Below, piece after piece: positions 25,028 through 36,860 of a stretch of DNA of 53,717 bases; position 1 is the stretch's first letter; each line of letters starts with the position of its first letter. The notes beneath the pieces are model-generated. The model was not told where the DNA came from, made no database searches, and was given only the letters and a program-made list of their open reading frames with translations. Made by a program: the position numbers and the translations under genes. Origin of the DNA: Prorocentrum cordatum (taxonomy: Eukaryota); the NCBI GenBank assembly GCA_963575745.1, contig CAUYUJ010000293.1, positions 62,001 through 115,717 on the forward strand, in the 5' to 3' direction.

Positions 25028-27367
25028 ATGAAAGTGGCCTCCGCGGCATTCACTTGCATAGCGATGGCTCAGCTCGGTGCGGCATCGTCTTGTGGTGCGA
25101 AGGGTGCCGACAGCACTCCCTGGACATCGCGCAGCCAGCGCATCGTGGGGGGGCAGCAAGCCACAAGTGGAGAGTGGCCGTGGCAGGTCTCCCTCCAGAC
25201 CTCTAGTGGGCACTTCTGCGGAGGAACGCTCATCGCCCCGAACTGGGTCTTGACGGCTGCCCATTGCTTTCCTCGTTCCTCGTTCTGGGTCGTGGCGGGC
25301 CTTCACCAATTGTCCCAGTCGGATTCGGTGGGGGTGCGACTGGAGGTGCAGCAGATGCACACTCATCCAAACTACGTCTAATGGGATCAGGGCTACGATT
25401 TTGTCCTCCTGGAGTTGGCCGAGGCGGCGCCCTTGAGCGACAACATCGGCCTTGCCTGCCTGCCGTCGGAGGACATCGGTGCTGGTGAAGAGTGCTGGGC
25501 CACTGGGTGGGGGAAGGTCGCCGGAGGCAGCATCCCTGACGTGCTGCAGGAGGGCGCTGTCACCTCCTGGACCAATGCAGACTGCCAGTCTTACTGGGGC
25601 CTCTCAGGGATGACGATCACCGATGACATGCTGTGCGCGCAGGGCTCAAACGCTGGGGAGGTAACCGATATCTGTCAGGGAGACAGCGGAGGGCCGATTG
25701 TCTGCGAATCAGGCGGCAGCTACTTCCTTCACGGCGTCGTGTCGTGGGGAGCTGCTTCTTGTGGCGTGGAAAATTTCCCTGGAGTTTGGAGTCGGATCAC
25801 TTATGGACGCGAGTGGATGGACGGGGTGATGGGGGACTGGACGGTGCCCCCGACGCCATCGCCCGCACCGACGGCTGCGCCGACAGCTGCGCCGACCGTT
25901 TCCCCAACAGCAGCACCGACTGCTGTGCCGACGGCAGCGCCGACGATGGCGCCAACCGCATCCCCTACAGATGCACCGACAGCCGCGCCGAGTGCAGCAC
26001 CTACAGCTGCACCGACCGCTTCCCCAACGGCTGCACCGACAGCTGCGCCGAGCGCAGCACCGACAGCTGCACCGACCGCTTCCCCAACGGCCGCTCCGAC
26101 AGCTGTGCCGAGTGCAGCACCAACGGAGGCACCGACCGCGTCCCCAACGGCAGCACCGACAGCCGAGCCGACAGCATCGCCGACCGCTTCCCCAACAGCA
26201 GCACCGACTGCTGTGCCGACGGAGGCGCCGACTGTTGAGCCGGGTGTGCCGACTGCAGTACCCACGGAGGCACCGACCGCTTCCCCAACAGTTGAACCGA
26301 CAGCCGCGCCGACTGCAGCACCGACGGCGGCGCCGACCGCTTCCCCATCAGCTGCACCGACAGCCGTGCCGACAGCAGCACCGACGGAGGCACCGACCTA
26401 TTCCCCATCAGCTGCACCGACAGCCGGGCCGACAGCAGCACCGACCGCTTCCCCGACAGCAGCACCGACGACTGCACCGACGGAGGCACCGACCGCTTCC
26501 CCAACGGCTGCACCAACAGCTGCGCCGACTCTTGCGCCGACTTCTTCGCCGACCGCTGCGCCGACGCCCAGTTCTGTGCACATGTGGGCGGCCATTTCGG
26601 GCCCGTGCACGTTGGACGGCGCCTGTGTGCAGAGCGCGAACTATCCGCAGGCTTATAATAACAACGAGGCGTGCACGATTGAGATCGACGCGGAGAACGC
26701 AGCACCGATCGTCGTGGAGGCTTTCAATGTAGAATGGTACTTCGACTACATCGTTATCGACGGATGGAAATATTACAGCGGAAGTTCGGGTCCGTCTGGA
26801 TTCACACCGTCATCCAGTATCGTGTGGTCGTCCGATTTCAGCGTTACGAGGAGTGGATGGAAATTTTGCGTACCAGTGTCAACACCTGCACCCCCTCCGA
26901 CAACAGCACCAACGCCTGCACCGACCTCTGCGCCGACTCCCGCACCGACAGCTGCGCCGACTCTTGCGCCCACTCCTTCGCCAACCGCTGCGCCGACGCC
27001 CGGTTCTGCGAGCATGTGGGGGGCCATCTCAGGACCGTGCACGTTGGACGGCGCTTGTGTGCAGAGCCCGAACTATCCTCAGTACTACAGCAACAGCCAG
27101 GCTTGCACGATCGAGATCAACGCGGCGAACGCAGCACCGATAGTTGTGGAGTACTTCAATGTGGAGTCGTACTTCGACTACCTCCTCATCGACGGCTGGA
27201 AGACCTTTAGCGGCAGGCGCCGCCGTCCGTCTGGGTTCACACCGTCATCCAGTATCTTCTGGTCATCCGACTTCTCCGTGACGAGGCGCGGTTGGAGGTT
27301 GTGCGAGCCAGATCGCCGCCTTCTGGAGGAGGCCCCAGCGCCCGACGAGCCAGCCTTCCTGATTTAG
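25028..27367 (+). pseudogene. Trypsin-like protease gene copy 1, premature stop (or base-call error)
   Basis: Same length and frame as copy 2, but has TAA at 25379-25381 where copy 2 has TAT (Tyr). The stop falls between the catalytic His and Asp. Confidence 0.75.
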
Positions 27368-28901
27368 CAAGTCCGTCAGCACAGGACGCTCTGGTCGTTT
27401 GCCGTTTTCCGCGCCGGCTTAGTGGACGAACCAGCCGCACACGGCTTCGATAGCTCTGTCAAAAGACTTCATCAGCTTTAACTTCGATTAACCTCGATAG
27501 TTAGTCTTGACGTCGATAGCTTCGATAGGCGATGTTCTTTACACCGACCTCCCAGAGAGCGGATGGCTCCTTCTCTGCCGTGTCGGCACGGCGAGGAGTC
27601 CATGGGAGCGTCGCAGCGTCGTTCGAGGATGCGTAGACGCGAGACTACCTCATCCTCTGCCAGCCGACGATGGTGCATTTTCGATCTGCTCGCGACAGTG
27701 CTGTTTTTGTTTTCCGCGCTCGTGGGCGCCAGTCAAGTTCACTGAGCCTCGGGGCTATTCCCCCCTCCTTCCTGTGCCCCTCTCCTTCCCTTCCCCATGG
27801 TCAGGGGCTGCGGTGCCTGATCCGGGGTGTGCTCGCGTTGTTGGGTGTGTAGCTCGGCCCCTCGGGCATGGCCAGAACGTGCCTTCTCTTCCCCATCCTG
27901 ACGCCTGCGGCGGCTGGGGCGCGGCTCGGGAGCAGTAATTCTGGTTTGTCAGTTGCTCGCGACTCGCGCTGCAGTGCCAATGCAGGAGAACATCTGGCCC
28001 GCAGGCTTTTTCCTGTTTGGTGGCCACCCGCCGGTGGACACCGCAGCGAGTGCGCTCCTACCGCTTGCTGGGCGGGGATGGAGCCGCACTGGCGTCCTGC
28101 CTCTTGCGTGTTGCAAGGATGGCGTGTCGAGCGGAGCCGTCTTGGAAAAGCATGAGAGAAAGAGGGTCCCGCGACAGCCCAGGGGGCCCGCGAGGGCCTC
28201 AAGACGGTCCACGGTGGTCCCGAGACGGCTCAAGGGCGCCCGAGGACGTCCAAGATCGCCCCAAGGTGGCCCAAGAGTTTTCCGAGACGGCCCAAGAGGG
28301 CCCTAAGAGGTCTTCAAAAGGGCCCCGACAGGCCCCAGGGGGCTTGGAGGGGGACCTGGAGGGGAGAGTGGAGAGGGGCGTGGAGGGGGGGGGAGGGTCT
28401 GTTGGAGGGGGGGGGGGGGCAGACTCCAGGGGAGAGGGTAGGGAGAAGGGTTTGATTCAGAAGATGGGAGAGGAGATGCCCTAGACCACCTCCGCCCAGA
28501 GGGCTAGTGGGGTTATCTGCTGCCCATCACTTGCACGCGAAGATTACACCACAGAGACTGCACGACATAATTCGAGCCACATATATTCTGCCACAAGTAC
28601 TGCAGAGGCCAGCCTGCAGTATGTAGCTGGCACTACATAGTTTGCAGATTGCGCCACCTAAAACGAATAATTCACCACGCAAATATGATACACCACGCTG
28701 GATCACGCTGTTTACCTTCTCTCCTACGAGGAGTCGGATCTATCCCCTGCCTGGAGGCCGCGGCTAGCGCCCCCCTCCGCATATAATGTGTCCGTGTTGT
28801 TCGTGCCGATGTCAATCTTGCAGAGTAGTTCACGCCAGTCAGCTCGCGGACACCTCCCTCCTCCCGGTAAAATAACGAGATTCGGAGCACTCGCTTTGAT
28901 T

Positions 28902-30193
28902 ATATAGGTTTGCGCCACATACGCCGACCCCTACATAAACTACTGCGCCTCCTGGACTGCATTTCACGAGGCTTGTCAGAATCATGACACGGCGCTCGAC
29001 ATCGTTTTTGTTGCTTCGTTGCTGTTATCGTACCTCTTGGTGCTCTTCTGTGCCCTTTTGGTGGCATCTTGGCCTGTCTGCAGGCCACATCCGGCCGCCT
29101 CGAGGTTTGGGCCATCTTGGTTGCCTTGGTTGCCTGTCTGGGCTGTCTTGGAAGCTCGGGACGCGGACGCGCAAACTTCCAACGAAGGACCGTGGCCTCG
29201 GGAGTGCGGCTCCCATGTTAACAAAATGCCAGGGCTCGTGGCCTCGGGGACAGGGGGCATGGCATGGGCTAGTCTGGCAGCAGGGGTGGGGAAGGGGTCC
29301 GAATTAGAGCACGCTACAGAGCAGCACTTGGCATTCTAACACGCCCACGTCGTGCAGGCACGATGGCGGATTTTTCGTAGGGCCTGGTTAGGATGTCGAG
29401 TCGTTGCTTGACGGTCCCGGGGCTTGTCGAGGGCCCAAAGGGCCGAACATCGTCGCACACGTCCCCTTAGCTCCTGAGGGCGCACCCCTGAGATTTTCAT
29501 CGCGTCTGGGCTTCCTCGGGGGCTCTCGGGGGCCTCTTGGGGGCTTCCTGGGGGCTTCTTGGAGTCCTTTGAGGTTCTCTTGGGGGTCCCTCAAGGCCTC
29601 TTGGGGTGTTCTTGGGTCAGGCTGGGGACGTCTTGGGGCCGAAGGCTCGAAAAGGTGCCCCCTGGACTCCCTCTTGGAGCCGTCTGGGGGCCCTCTTGGG
29701 CTGTCTTGGGGGCTTCGTGGGCTGTTTTGGACCCTCTTCGACCCCTCTTGGGGACCCCTTCGGCCGTCCGGGGGCGATATTGAAGGTTTCTGTGCCCGTC
29801 TTGGACGTTGTGAAGGCTGAAAAGGCGAGTATGCGAAAAATGCTGTTTTTTTCAAATGGAATGGGACGGTTTTTGTTTCTTGGGACCCTCTCGGGATGCA
29901 TCTTGGGGGGCCTTTGGGAGCGTCTTGGCAGCTTCGGAGGCCGTCTGGAGGCCATCGTGGGCGTCAAGGAGAGATATTTCGGCGACTCGTTGCCCTCTGG
30001 GACTCTGGGACCGTCTGGGGAGCGTTTTGGTGCCTTCTCGGTCCGTTTTGGAGCCCTCCGCTTCCCCATGACGCGTTCGGTCCGGGGTCATCCCTGGCCA
30101 GGGGGGGGGGGTCGAATTGCCGGTGTGGGTGTCCCTGGGGGGGGGGATTGGGGGGAGAATCTCACACGCCTAGAGACCCACGAGGGGTCGGCG
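28902..30193 (-). mobile_element. ~1.3-kb Helitron-like non-autonomous element (family H)
   Basis: Left end GATT|ATATAGGTTTGCGCCACATACGCCGACCCC, right end CTCACACGCC...GGGGTCGGCG|GATT. Same termini as 18725/24326 and 34957/35830. Strand inferred from the terminal architecture. Confidence 0.6.
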
Positions 30194-30777
30194 GATTTCG
30201 CAAGTGCAGTGTCAGCTAACCCATATCGAGTGGCACCATGTGGGCCACGCGCACGCACATGTCAACGTCTTCCCAGAAGCAATGGTGCACACATACTTTT
30301 ACAGCCAACAACCATCCTTCACCTTTCATTTTCAAAACCAATGCGCGCGCACTAGCTGAAATGATAAGACATCATCGCGTTTGCTTTGCCACTCTGTCAA
30401 GTGAGACGATGCGGGCAACGCGCGTGCGCATGTCGAAACCATTCAACAGTCATCGCGCACCTCCGCCGACTCTGTTAGATATCACCATGCGGGCCACGCG
30501 CATGCATCCCCGCGAACGCATGCCAAAATCATTTCACAGTCATCGCGCACCCGCCAACTCTGTCAAATGATGCAATGCGGACCACACGAGCGCGTCCCCA
30601 CGGGCGCATGTCGAAGTCATTTCAAGACCACTCTGGTGTTCAAGCATGTCTCATATACCGGAAGCCTGGCCTGGGGGGGCCCGGGGCTGCAACACACCAG
30701 GGGCACCCAGAGTAAACCCGCTTTTGGGGCCTCCCCGGAGCATGAAGAAGCTCCAAGAGGGTCCACCTGAAAGATTT

Positions 30778-30796
30778 GCAACCACTGTGGCTCAAG
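30778..30796 (+). other. Relic DinoSL upstream of protease copy 2
   Basis: GCAACCACTGTGGCTCAAG matches the last 19 nt of DinoSL (GTAGCCATTTTGGCTCAAG) at 15/19, ending 88 nt before the ATG. A weaker second remnant (TGGCTCAGG) follows. Confidence 0.6.
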
Positions 30797-30883
30797 CAAC
30801 ATCTCTCCATTCGGCGCGCTGGCTCAGGCGAGCTCCGCGGAAGGTTTACACTGGTACCGCGGCAGATTACACCTGGCGGCACA

Positions 30884-33223
30884 ATGAAAGTGGCCTCCGC
30901 GGCATTCACTTGCATAGCGATGGCTCAGCTCGGTGCGGCATCGACTTGTGGTGCGAAGGGTGCCGACAGCACTCCCTGGACATCGCGCAGCCAGCGCATC
31001 GTGGGGGGGCAGCAAGCCACAAGTGGAGAGTGGCCGTGGCAGGTCTCCCTCCAGACCTCTAGTGGGCACTTCTGCGGAGGAACGCTCATCGCCCCGAACT
31101 GGGTCTTGACGGCTGCCCATTGCTTTCCTCGTTCCTCGTTCTGGGTCGTGGCGGGCCTTCACCAACTGTCCCAGTCGGATTCGGTGGGGGTGCGACTGGA
31201 GGTGCAGCAGATGCACACTCATCCAAACTACGTCTATTGGGATCAGGGCTACGATTTTGTCCTCCTGGAGTTGGCCGAGGCGGCGCCCTTGAGCGACAAC
31301 ATCGGCCTTGCCTGCCTGCCGTCGGAGGACATCGGTGCTGGTGAAGAGTGCTGGGCCACTGGGTGGGGGAAGGTCGCCGGAGGCAGCATCCCTGACGTGC
31401 TGCAGGAGGGCGCTGTCACCACCTGGACCAATGCAGACTGCCAGTCTTACTGGGGCCTCTCAGGGATGACGATCACCGATGACATGCTGTGCGCGCAGGG
31501 CTCAAACGCTGGGGAGGTAACCGATATCTGTCAGGGAGACAGCGGAGGGCCGATTGTCTGCGAATCAGGCGGCAGCTACTTCCTTCACGGCGTCGTGTCG
31601 TGGGGAGCCGCTTCTTGTGGCGTGGAAAATTTCCCTGGAGTTTGGAGTCGGATCACTTATGGACGCGAGTGGATGGACGGGGTGATGGGGGACTGGACGG
31701 TGCCCCCGACGCCATCGCCCGCACCGACGGCTGCGCCGACAGCTGCGCCGACCGTTTCCCCAACAGCAGCACCGACTGCTGTGCCGACGGCAGCGCCAAC
31801 GATGGCGCCAACCGCATCCCCTACAGATGCACCGACAGCCGCGCCGAGTGCAGCACCTACAGCTGCACCGACCGCTTCCCCAACGGCTGCACCGACAGCT
31901 GCGCCGAGCGCAGCACCGACAGCTGCACCGACCGCTTCCCCAACGGCCGCTCCGACAGCCGTGCCGAGTGCAGCACCGACGGAGGCACCGACCGCGTCCC
32001 CAACGGCAGCACCGACAGCCGCGCCGACAGCAACGCCGACCGCTTCCCCAACAGCAGCACCGACTGCTGTGCCGACGGAGGCGCCGACTGTTGAGCCGGG
32101 TGTGCCGACTGCAGTACCCACGGAAGCACCGACCGCTTCCCCAACAGTTGCACCGACAGCCGCGCCGACTGCAGCACCGACGGCGGCGCCGACCGCTTCC
32201 CCATCAGTTGCACCGACAGCCGTGCCGACAGCAGCACCGACGGAAGCACCGACCTTTTCCCCATCAGCTGCACCGACAGCCGGGCCGACAGCAGCACCGA
32301 CCGCTTCCCCGACAGCATCACCGACGACTGCACCGACGGAGGCACCGACCGCTTCCCCAACGGCTGCACCAACAGCTGCGCCGACTCTTGCGCCGACTTC
32401 TTCGCCGACCGCTGCGCCGACGCCCAGTTCTGTGCACATGTGGGCGGCCATTTCGGGCCCGTGCACGTTGGACGGCGCCTGTGTGCAGAGCGCGAACTAT
32501 CCACAGGCTTATAATAACAACGAGGCGTGCACGATTGAGATCGACGCGGAGAACGCAGCACCGATCGTCGTGGAGGCTTTCAATGTAGAATGGTACTTCG
32601 ACTACATCGTTATCGACGGATGGAAATATTACAGCGGAAGTTCGGGTCCGTCTGGATTCACACCGTCATCCAGTATCGTGTGGTCGTCCGATTTCAGCGT
32701 TACGAGGAGTGGATGGAAATTTTGCGTACCAGTGTCAACACCTGCACCCCCTCCGACAACAGCACCAACGCCTGCACCGACCTCTGCGCCGACTCCCGCA
32801 CCGACAGCTGCGCCGACTCTTGTGCCCACTCCTTCGCCAACCGCTGCGCCGACGCCCGGTTCTGCGAGCATGTGGGGGACCATCTCAGGACCGTGCACGT
32901 TGGACGGCGCCTGTGTGCAGAGCCCGAACTATCCTCAGTACTACAGCAACAGCCAGGCTTGCACGATCGAGATCAACGCGGCGAACGCAGCACCGATAGT
33001 TGTGGAGTACTTCAATGTGGAGTCGTACTTCGACTACCTCCTCATCGACGGCTGGAAGACTTTTAGCGGCAGGCGCCGCCGTCCGTCTGGGTTCACACCG
33101 TCATCCAGTATTTTCTGGTCATCCGACTTCTCCGTGACGAGGCGCGGTTGGAGGTTGTGCGAGCCAGATCGCCGCCTTCTGGAGGAGGCCCCAGCGCCCG
33201 ACGAGCCAGCCTTCCTGATTTAG
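30884..33223 (+). CDS. Secreted trypsin-like serine protease (peptidase S1A) with Pro/Thr/Ala-rich stalk and two CUB-like domains, 779 aa
   Basis: Hydrophobic N-terminus [19 protein letters not shown], activation site [36 protein letters not shown] (Asp in the S1 pocket), (PTAA)n stalk, and two C..S[AP]NYP..Y.N...C...F.VE..FDY...WSSDFSV..GW repeats. Uninterrupted ORF. Confidence 0.93.
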   Translation: MKVASAAFTCIAMAQLGAASTCGAKGADSTPWTSRSQRIVGGQQATSGEWPWQVSLQTSSGHFCGGTLIAPNWVLTAAHCFPRSSFWVVAGLHQLSQSDSVGVRLEVQQMHTHPNYVYWDQGYDFVLLELAEAAPLSDNIGLACLPSEDIGAGEECWATGWGKVAGGSIPDVLQEGAVTTWTNADCQSYWGLSGMTITDDMLCAQGSNAGEVTDICQGDSGGPIVCESGGSYFLHGVVSWGAASCGVENFPGVWSRITYGREWMDGVMGDWTVPPTPSPAPTAAPTAAPTVSPTAAPTAVPTAAPTMAPTASPTDAPTAAPSAAPTAAPTASPTAAPTAAPSAAPTAAPTASPTAAPTAVPSAAPTEAPTASPTAAPTAAPTATPTASPTAAPTAVPTEAPTVEPGVPTAVPTEAPTASPTVAPTAAPTAAPTAAPTASPSVAPTAVPTAAPTEAPTFSPSAAPTAGPTAAPTASPTASPTTAPTEAPTASPTAAPTAAPTLAPTSSPTAAPTPSSVHMWAAISGPCTLDGACVQSANYPQAYNNNEACTIEIDAENAAPIVVEAFNVEWYFDYIVIDGWKYYSGSSGPSGFTPSSSIVWSSDFSVTRSGWKFCVPVSTPAPPPTTAPTPAPTSAPTPAPTAAPTLVPTPSPTAAPTPGSASMWGTISGPCTLDGACVQSPNYPQYYSNSQACTIEINAANAAPIVVEYFNVESYFDYLLIDGWKTFSGRRRRPSGFTPSSSIFWSSDFSVTRRGWRLCEPDRRLLEEAPAPDEPAFLI

Positions 33224-34426
33224 CAAGTCCGTCAGCACAGGACGCTCTGGTATTTGCCGTTTTCCGCGCCGGCTTAGTGGACGAACCAGCCGCACACGGC
33301 TTCGATAGCTCTGTCAAAAGACTTCATCAGCTTTAACTTCGATTAACCTCGATAGTTAGTCTTGACGTCGATAACTTCGATAGTCGATGTTCTTTACACC
33401 GACCTCCCAGAGAGCGGATGGCTCCTTCTCTGCCGTGTCGGCACGGCGAGGAGTCCATGGGAGCGTCGCAGCGTCGTTCGAGGATGCGTAGACGCGAGAC
33501 TACCTCGTCCTCTGCCAGCCGACGATGGTGCATTTTCGATATGCTTGCGACAGTGCTGTTTTTGTTTTCCGCGCTCGTGGGCGCCAGTCAAGTTCACTGA
33601 GCCTCGGGGCTATTCCCCCCTCCTTCCTGTGCCCCTCTCCTTCCCTTCCCCATGGTCAGGGGCTGCGGTGCCTGATCCGGGGTGTGCTCGCGTTGTTGGG
33701 TGTGTAGCTCGGCCCCTCGGGCATGGCCAGAACGTGCCTTCTCTTCCCCATCCTGACGCCTGCGGCGGCTGGGGCGCGGCTCGGGAGCAGTAATTCTGGT
33801 TTGTCAGTTGCTCGCGACTCGCGCTGCAGTGCCAATGCAGGAGAACATCTGGCCCGCAGGCTTTTTCCTGTTTGGTGGCCACCCGCCGGTGGACACCGCA
33901 GCGAGTGCGCTCCTACCGCATGCTGGGCGGGGATGGAGCCGCACTGGCGTCCTGCCTCTTGCGTGTTGCAAGGATGGCGTGTCGAGCGGAGCCGTCTTGG
34001 AAAAGCATGAGAGAAAGAGGGTCCCGCGACAGCCCAGGGGGCCCGCGAGGGCCTCAAGACGGTCCACGGTGGTCCCGAGACGGCTCAAGGGCGCCCGAGG
34101 ACGTCCAAGATCGCCCCAAGGTGGCCCAAGAGGTTTCCGAGACGGCCCAAGAGGGCCCTAAGAGGTCTTCAAGAGGGCCCCGACAGGCCCCAGGGGGCGT
34201 GGAGGGGGGCCTGGAGGGGAGAGTGGAGAGGGGCGTGGAGGGAGGGGGGAGGGTCTGGTGGAGGGGGGGGGGGCCAGACTCCAGGGGAGAGGGTAGGGAG
34301 AAGGGTTTGATTCAGAAGATGGGAGAGGAGATGCCCTAGACCATCTCCGCCCAGAGGGCTAGTGGGGTTATCTGCTGCCCATCACTTGCACGCGAAGATT
34401 ACACCACAGAGACTGCACGACATAAT

Positions 34427-34952
34427 CCCACCAGCCCTTTAGGGCGTAGGTGGTCTAGAGCGTTTCCTCTGCCAACACACTTCTTTCCCTTCGGGGAGGG
34501 GTTTACCCCTCCCCTTACCCCTCCCCACCGACCTGGACGAGGGGTTCCGCGGGTCGTTGGGACGTCCAAGATGGCCCAAGACGGCTCCAAGAGCGAAAAA
34601 GCGAAAAAACACAAAACATTGATTTTCTGCAGGTGTTGGAAGGATGTTGGCCTTTTGGGGTGCCCAAGAGGCGATTCGAGGCACTCTAGAGGGGCAAGGC
34701 TAATATACGACCCCCCCTTCTTTGATAGATCTCCTCCAACATGGCCCCAAGAGCGTCCCGAAGGCTCCCAAGAGCGCCCCAAGGGCGCCCCAAGAGGGCC
34801 CCAAGAGGCCCCAAGAGGCCCCCAAGAGGCCTTCAAGAAGCTCCCAAGAGACCCCCAAGAGGCCCCAAGAGGCTCCCAAGATGGCCCAAGGCGGCTCCAA
34901 GAGTGAAAAAGCGAAAAAGCACAAAACTTTGATTTTCTGTAGGTGTTGGAAG
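34427..34952. mobile_element. Repeat element truncating the second tandem unit
   Basis: Begins exactly where unit 2 departs from unit 1 (CATAAT^). Its start CCCACCAGCCCTTTAGGGCGTAGGTGGTCTAG is the near reverse complement of the terminus at ~28481-28512 and ~34336-34367. Contains CCCAAGAGG runs. Confidence 0.6.
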
Positions 34953-34956
34953 GATT

Positions 34957-35830
34957 CTTAGGCTTACGCCACACCGCCGACCCCTTGTTTATGCCAATCT
35001 GGGGGTAGTAGAAGCTGCGAAGGGGTGAAAAGGCGAGTGATATTTGTTTGGTGTCTGTTCGCCGCCACCGCCAGAGGGTCTCGGGCAGTTCCGCGGGGAG
35101 GTCCGAGCGGACAGCGACACTGCGAGTTTTGGAGCCACTCGGGGGCCGTTTCGGAGCCTCTGGGGTGCTTCTTGGGGGTTCCTTGGGGCGTCTGGGCGGC
35201 CTCGTGAGGGCCTCTGGGGGCCTCTTGGGGCACTCTTGGGGCCCCCTGGGGCTCCTGGGGGCAGAAAGCTAGAGTTTCAACATGTTTGGTCGCCCTCTTG
35301 GGCCCCTCGTGGTGCCGTCTTGGAGCCCTCTTGAACCGTCTTGGGGACCTCTTGGGCCGTCTTGGGGCCGTCTTGGGCCGTCTGGAGGCCGTCTTGGGGG
35401 CCTCTTGGGCCATCTCGGGGCTATCTTTGGGGCCTCTTTGCCCGTCTTGGAGCGTCGGGAAGCCGGAAAGGCGGAAAAGCAAAAAACATCGAAAAACACT
35501 CTGGAAAATCAGCAATTTTTGACTCTTTGGGCCCTCTTGGGAGGCTCATTTGGGACCTCAGGGGCCGTCTTGGAGACCTCTTGGCCCGTCTTGGGGCCAT
35601 CGTGGGCGTCTTGGAGCGGTCGTTTGGCTTCTCGGAGCCTTCGTGGGCCGTCTTGGAGGCCTCTTGGGGGCTTCGTGGCCCGTCTTGAAGCCCTCTTGGG
35701 CCAGGAAAAGCCCCGTGGAGCGCTCGTCCCGGACCCCCCCCCCCTCCAAATCGACTGGACCGGGCTCCCGGGGGAGGGGTTTGGGGAGGGGGAAGCATCT
35801 CACACGCCGATGATCCCCAAGGGGTCGGCG
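34957..35830 (-). mobile_element. Family H-related element supplying the right end of the composite block
   Basis: GATT|CTTAGGCTTACGCCACACCGCCGACCCC ... CTCACACGCCGATGATCCCCAAGGGGTCGGCG|GATT; TCTTGGGGCC repeats inside. Confidence 0.65.
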
Positions 35831-36860
35831 GATTCTGGATCTGTTTCTGTGCGTACCAGCTCTGTAGCTCTCCTGAATCTCGAGTTAAGTACAGAAAACC
35901 GTCAACGCGTGTCAAGATGACTCGAAACAGCGAATCCCGCCGGGAGACCAAATCCAAGCGTCTAGATACTTCAGACTAGCGCGTCTGATAATTTTCTCCC
36001 GATTTCTGTGCCAAATAGCTCTGAAGCTTAGATGCAGCTCGACTTCAGTCAAGGAGCGTCATACTCTGCTATTTTTCTGGTGCTGGAATTGGTTTTCTTG
36101 ACTGAACTAGAGGTGCAGATGAGCTTCAGAGCTCTTAGGCACTGCAATGGGAAAATAATCATCAAGCGCGCTATTTGAAAGTATCTAGACACCTGAGCTC
36201 AGTCTGCTATTAGCGCTAGGGCTGAACACGTATTCGTACTCTGCTACTTTCTTGGCAATGGTGTTAGGTTTCTTGGTTTTACTCGTGCCGCAGATGAACT
36301 ACAGAGCAATGGGAAGGGAATCAGCAGGGGCGCTAGTGAACTGTATCTGGACGCCTGAGATCAGTCTGCTATCAGCGCTCGGGCTGAAAAACTAATCGTT
36401 CTCTGCTAATTCTTTGGAGATAATATATGGCAAGGAAGCTCTACGAGTCTCCCAGCGGTAACCAAGGTCGACGGTTTACCGCCGGCGCCCAGTTGACCCA
36501 CCCGGCCCGGGCGGACAATGTGTGAACTTTGGGTCGGTTGGGCGAACATGGTGAAAGATTTGAACATTAGTTATAAGGACCGGTATTCTTCGCACCTGTA
36601 GTGGGTTATGCCGCGTCCGCCAGTGAAATTTTCAGGTCCGTAGCTGCAGTATTATTAGCAAAACATTTGAATGAGCCGACTTTCGGGGAAAACTGTAAAA
36701 CGTAATGTTTCAAGTTTTTCAGCTCACGCGTAAGAAAGCTTCCCCATGTCTTCCGAGCAGTGCCATGCGAGTTAAGAGCTCTACGAGGCTCCCGGCGGTA
36801 ACCTGGTTGACGGTTTACCGCCGGCTCCAAGTTGCTCTCCGGATTTTGGACGCTACCAAG

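Larger units (their letters stand above)
23188..34426 (+). repeat. Near-identical tandem duplication, unit ~5.86 kb
   Basis: 23188-28571 matches ~29061-34426. Start and stop codons of the two gene copies are both offset by 5856 bp. Confidence 0.95.
18725..35830. mobile_element. 17.1-kb composite Helitron-like block carrying tandem protease genes
   Basis: Left flank ...AACGCGCCTGATGATT and right flank GATTCTGGATCTGTTTCTGTGCGTACCAGCTC are contiguous halves of one family C unit. ATCCGCCGACCCC (18742-18754) is the exact reverse complement of GGGGTCGGCGGAT (35821-35833). GATT is present at both junctions. Confidence 0.7.

Noticed and set aside
30776..30883. N-terminal extension of the 815-aa ORF call
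   Set aside because: It starts at TTG, runs through the relic SL and is not in frame in copy 1. The ATG at 30884 directly precedes the signal peptide.
25633..33066. Alternative-frame and antisense ORFs overlapping the protease genes
   Set aside because: Shadow ORFs of the repetitive Pro/Thr/Ala coding sequence.
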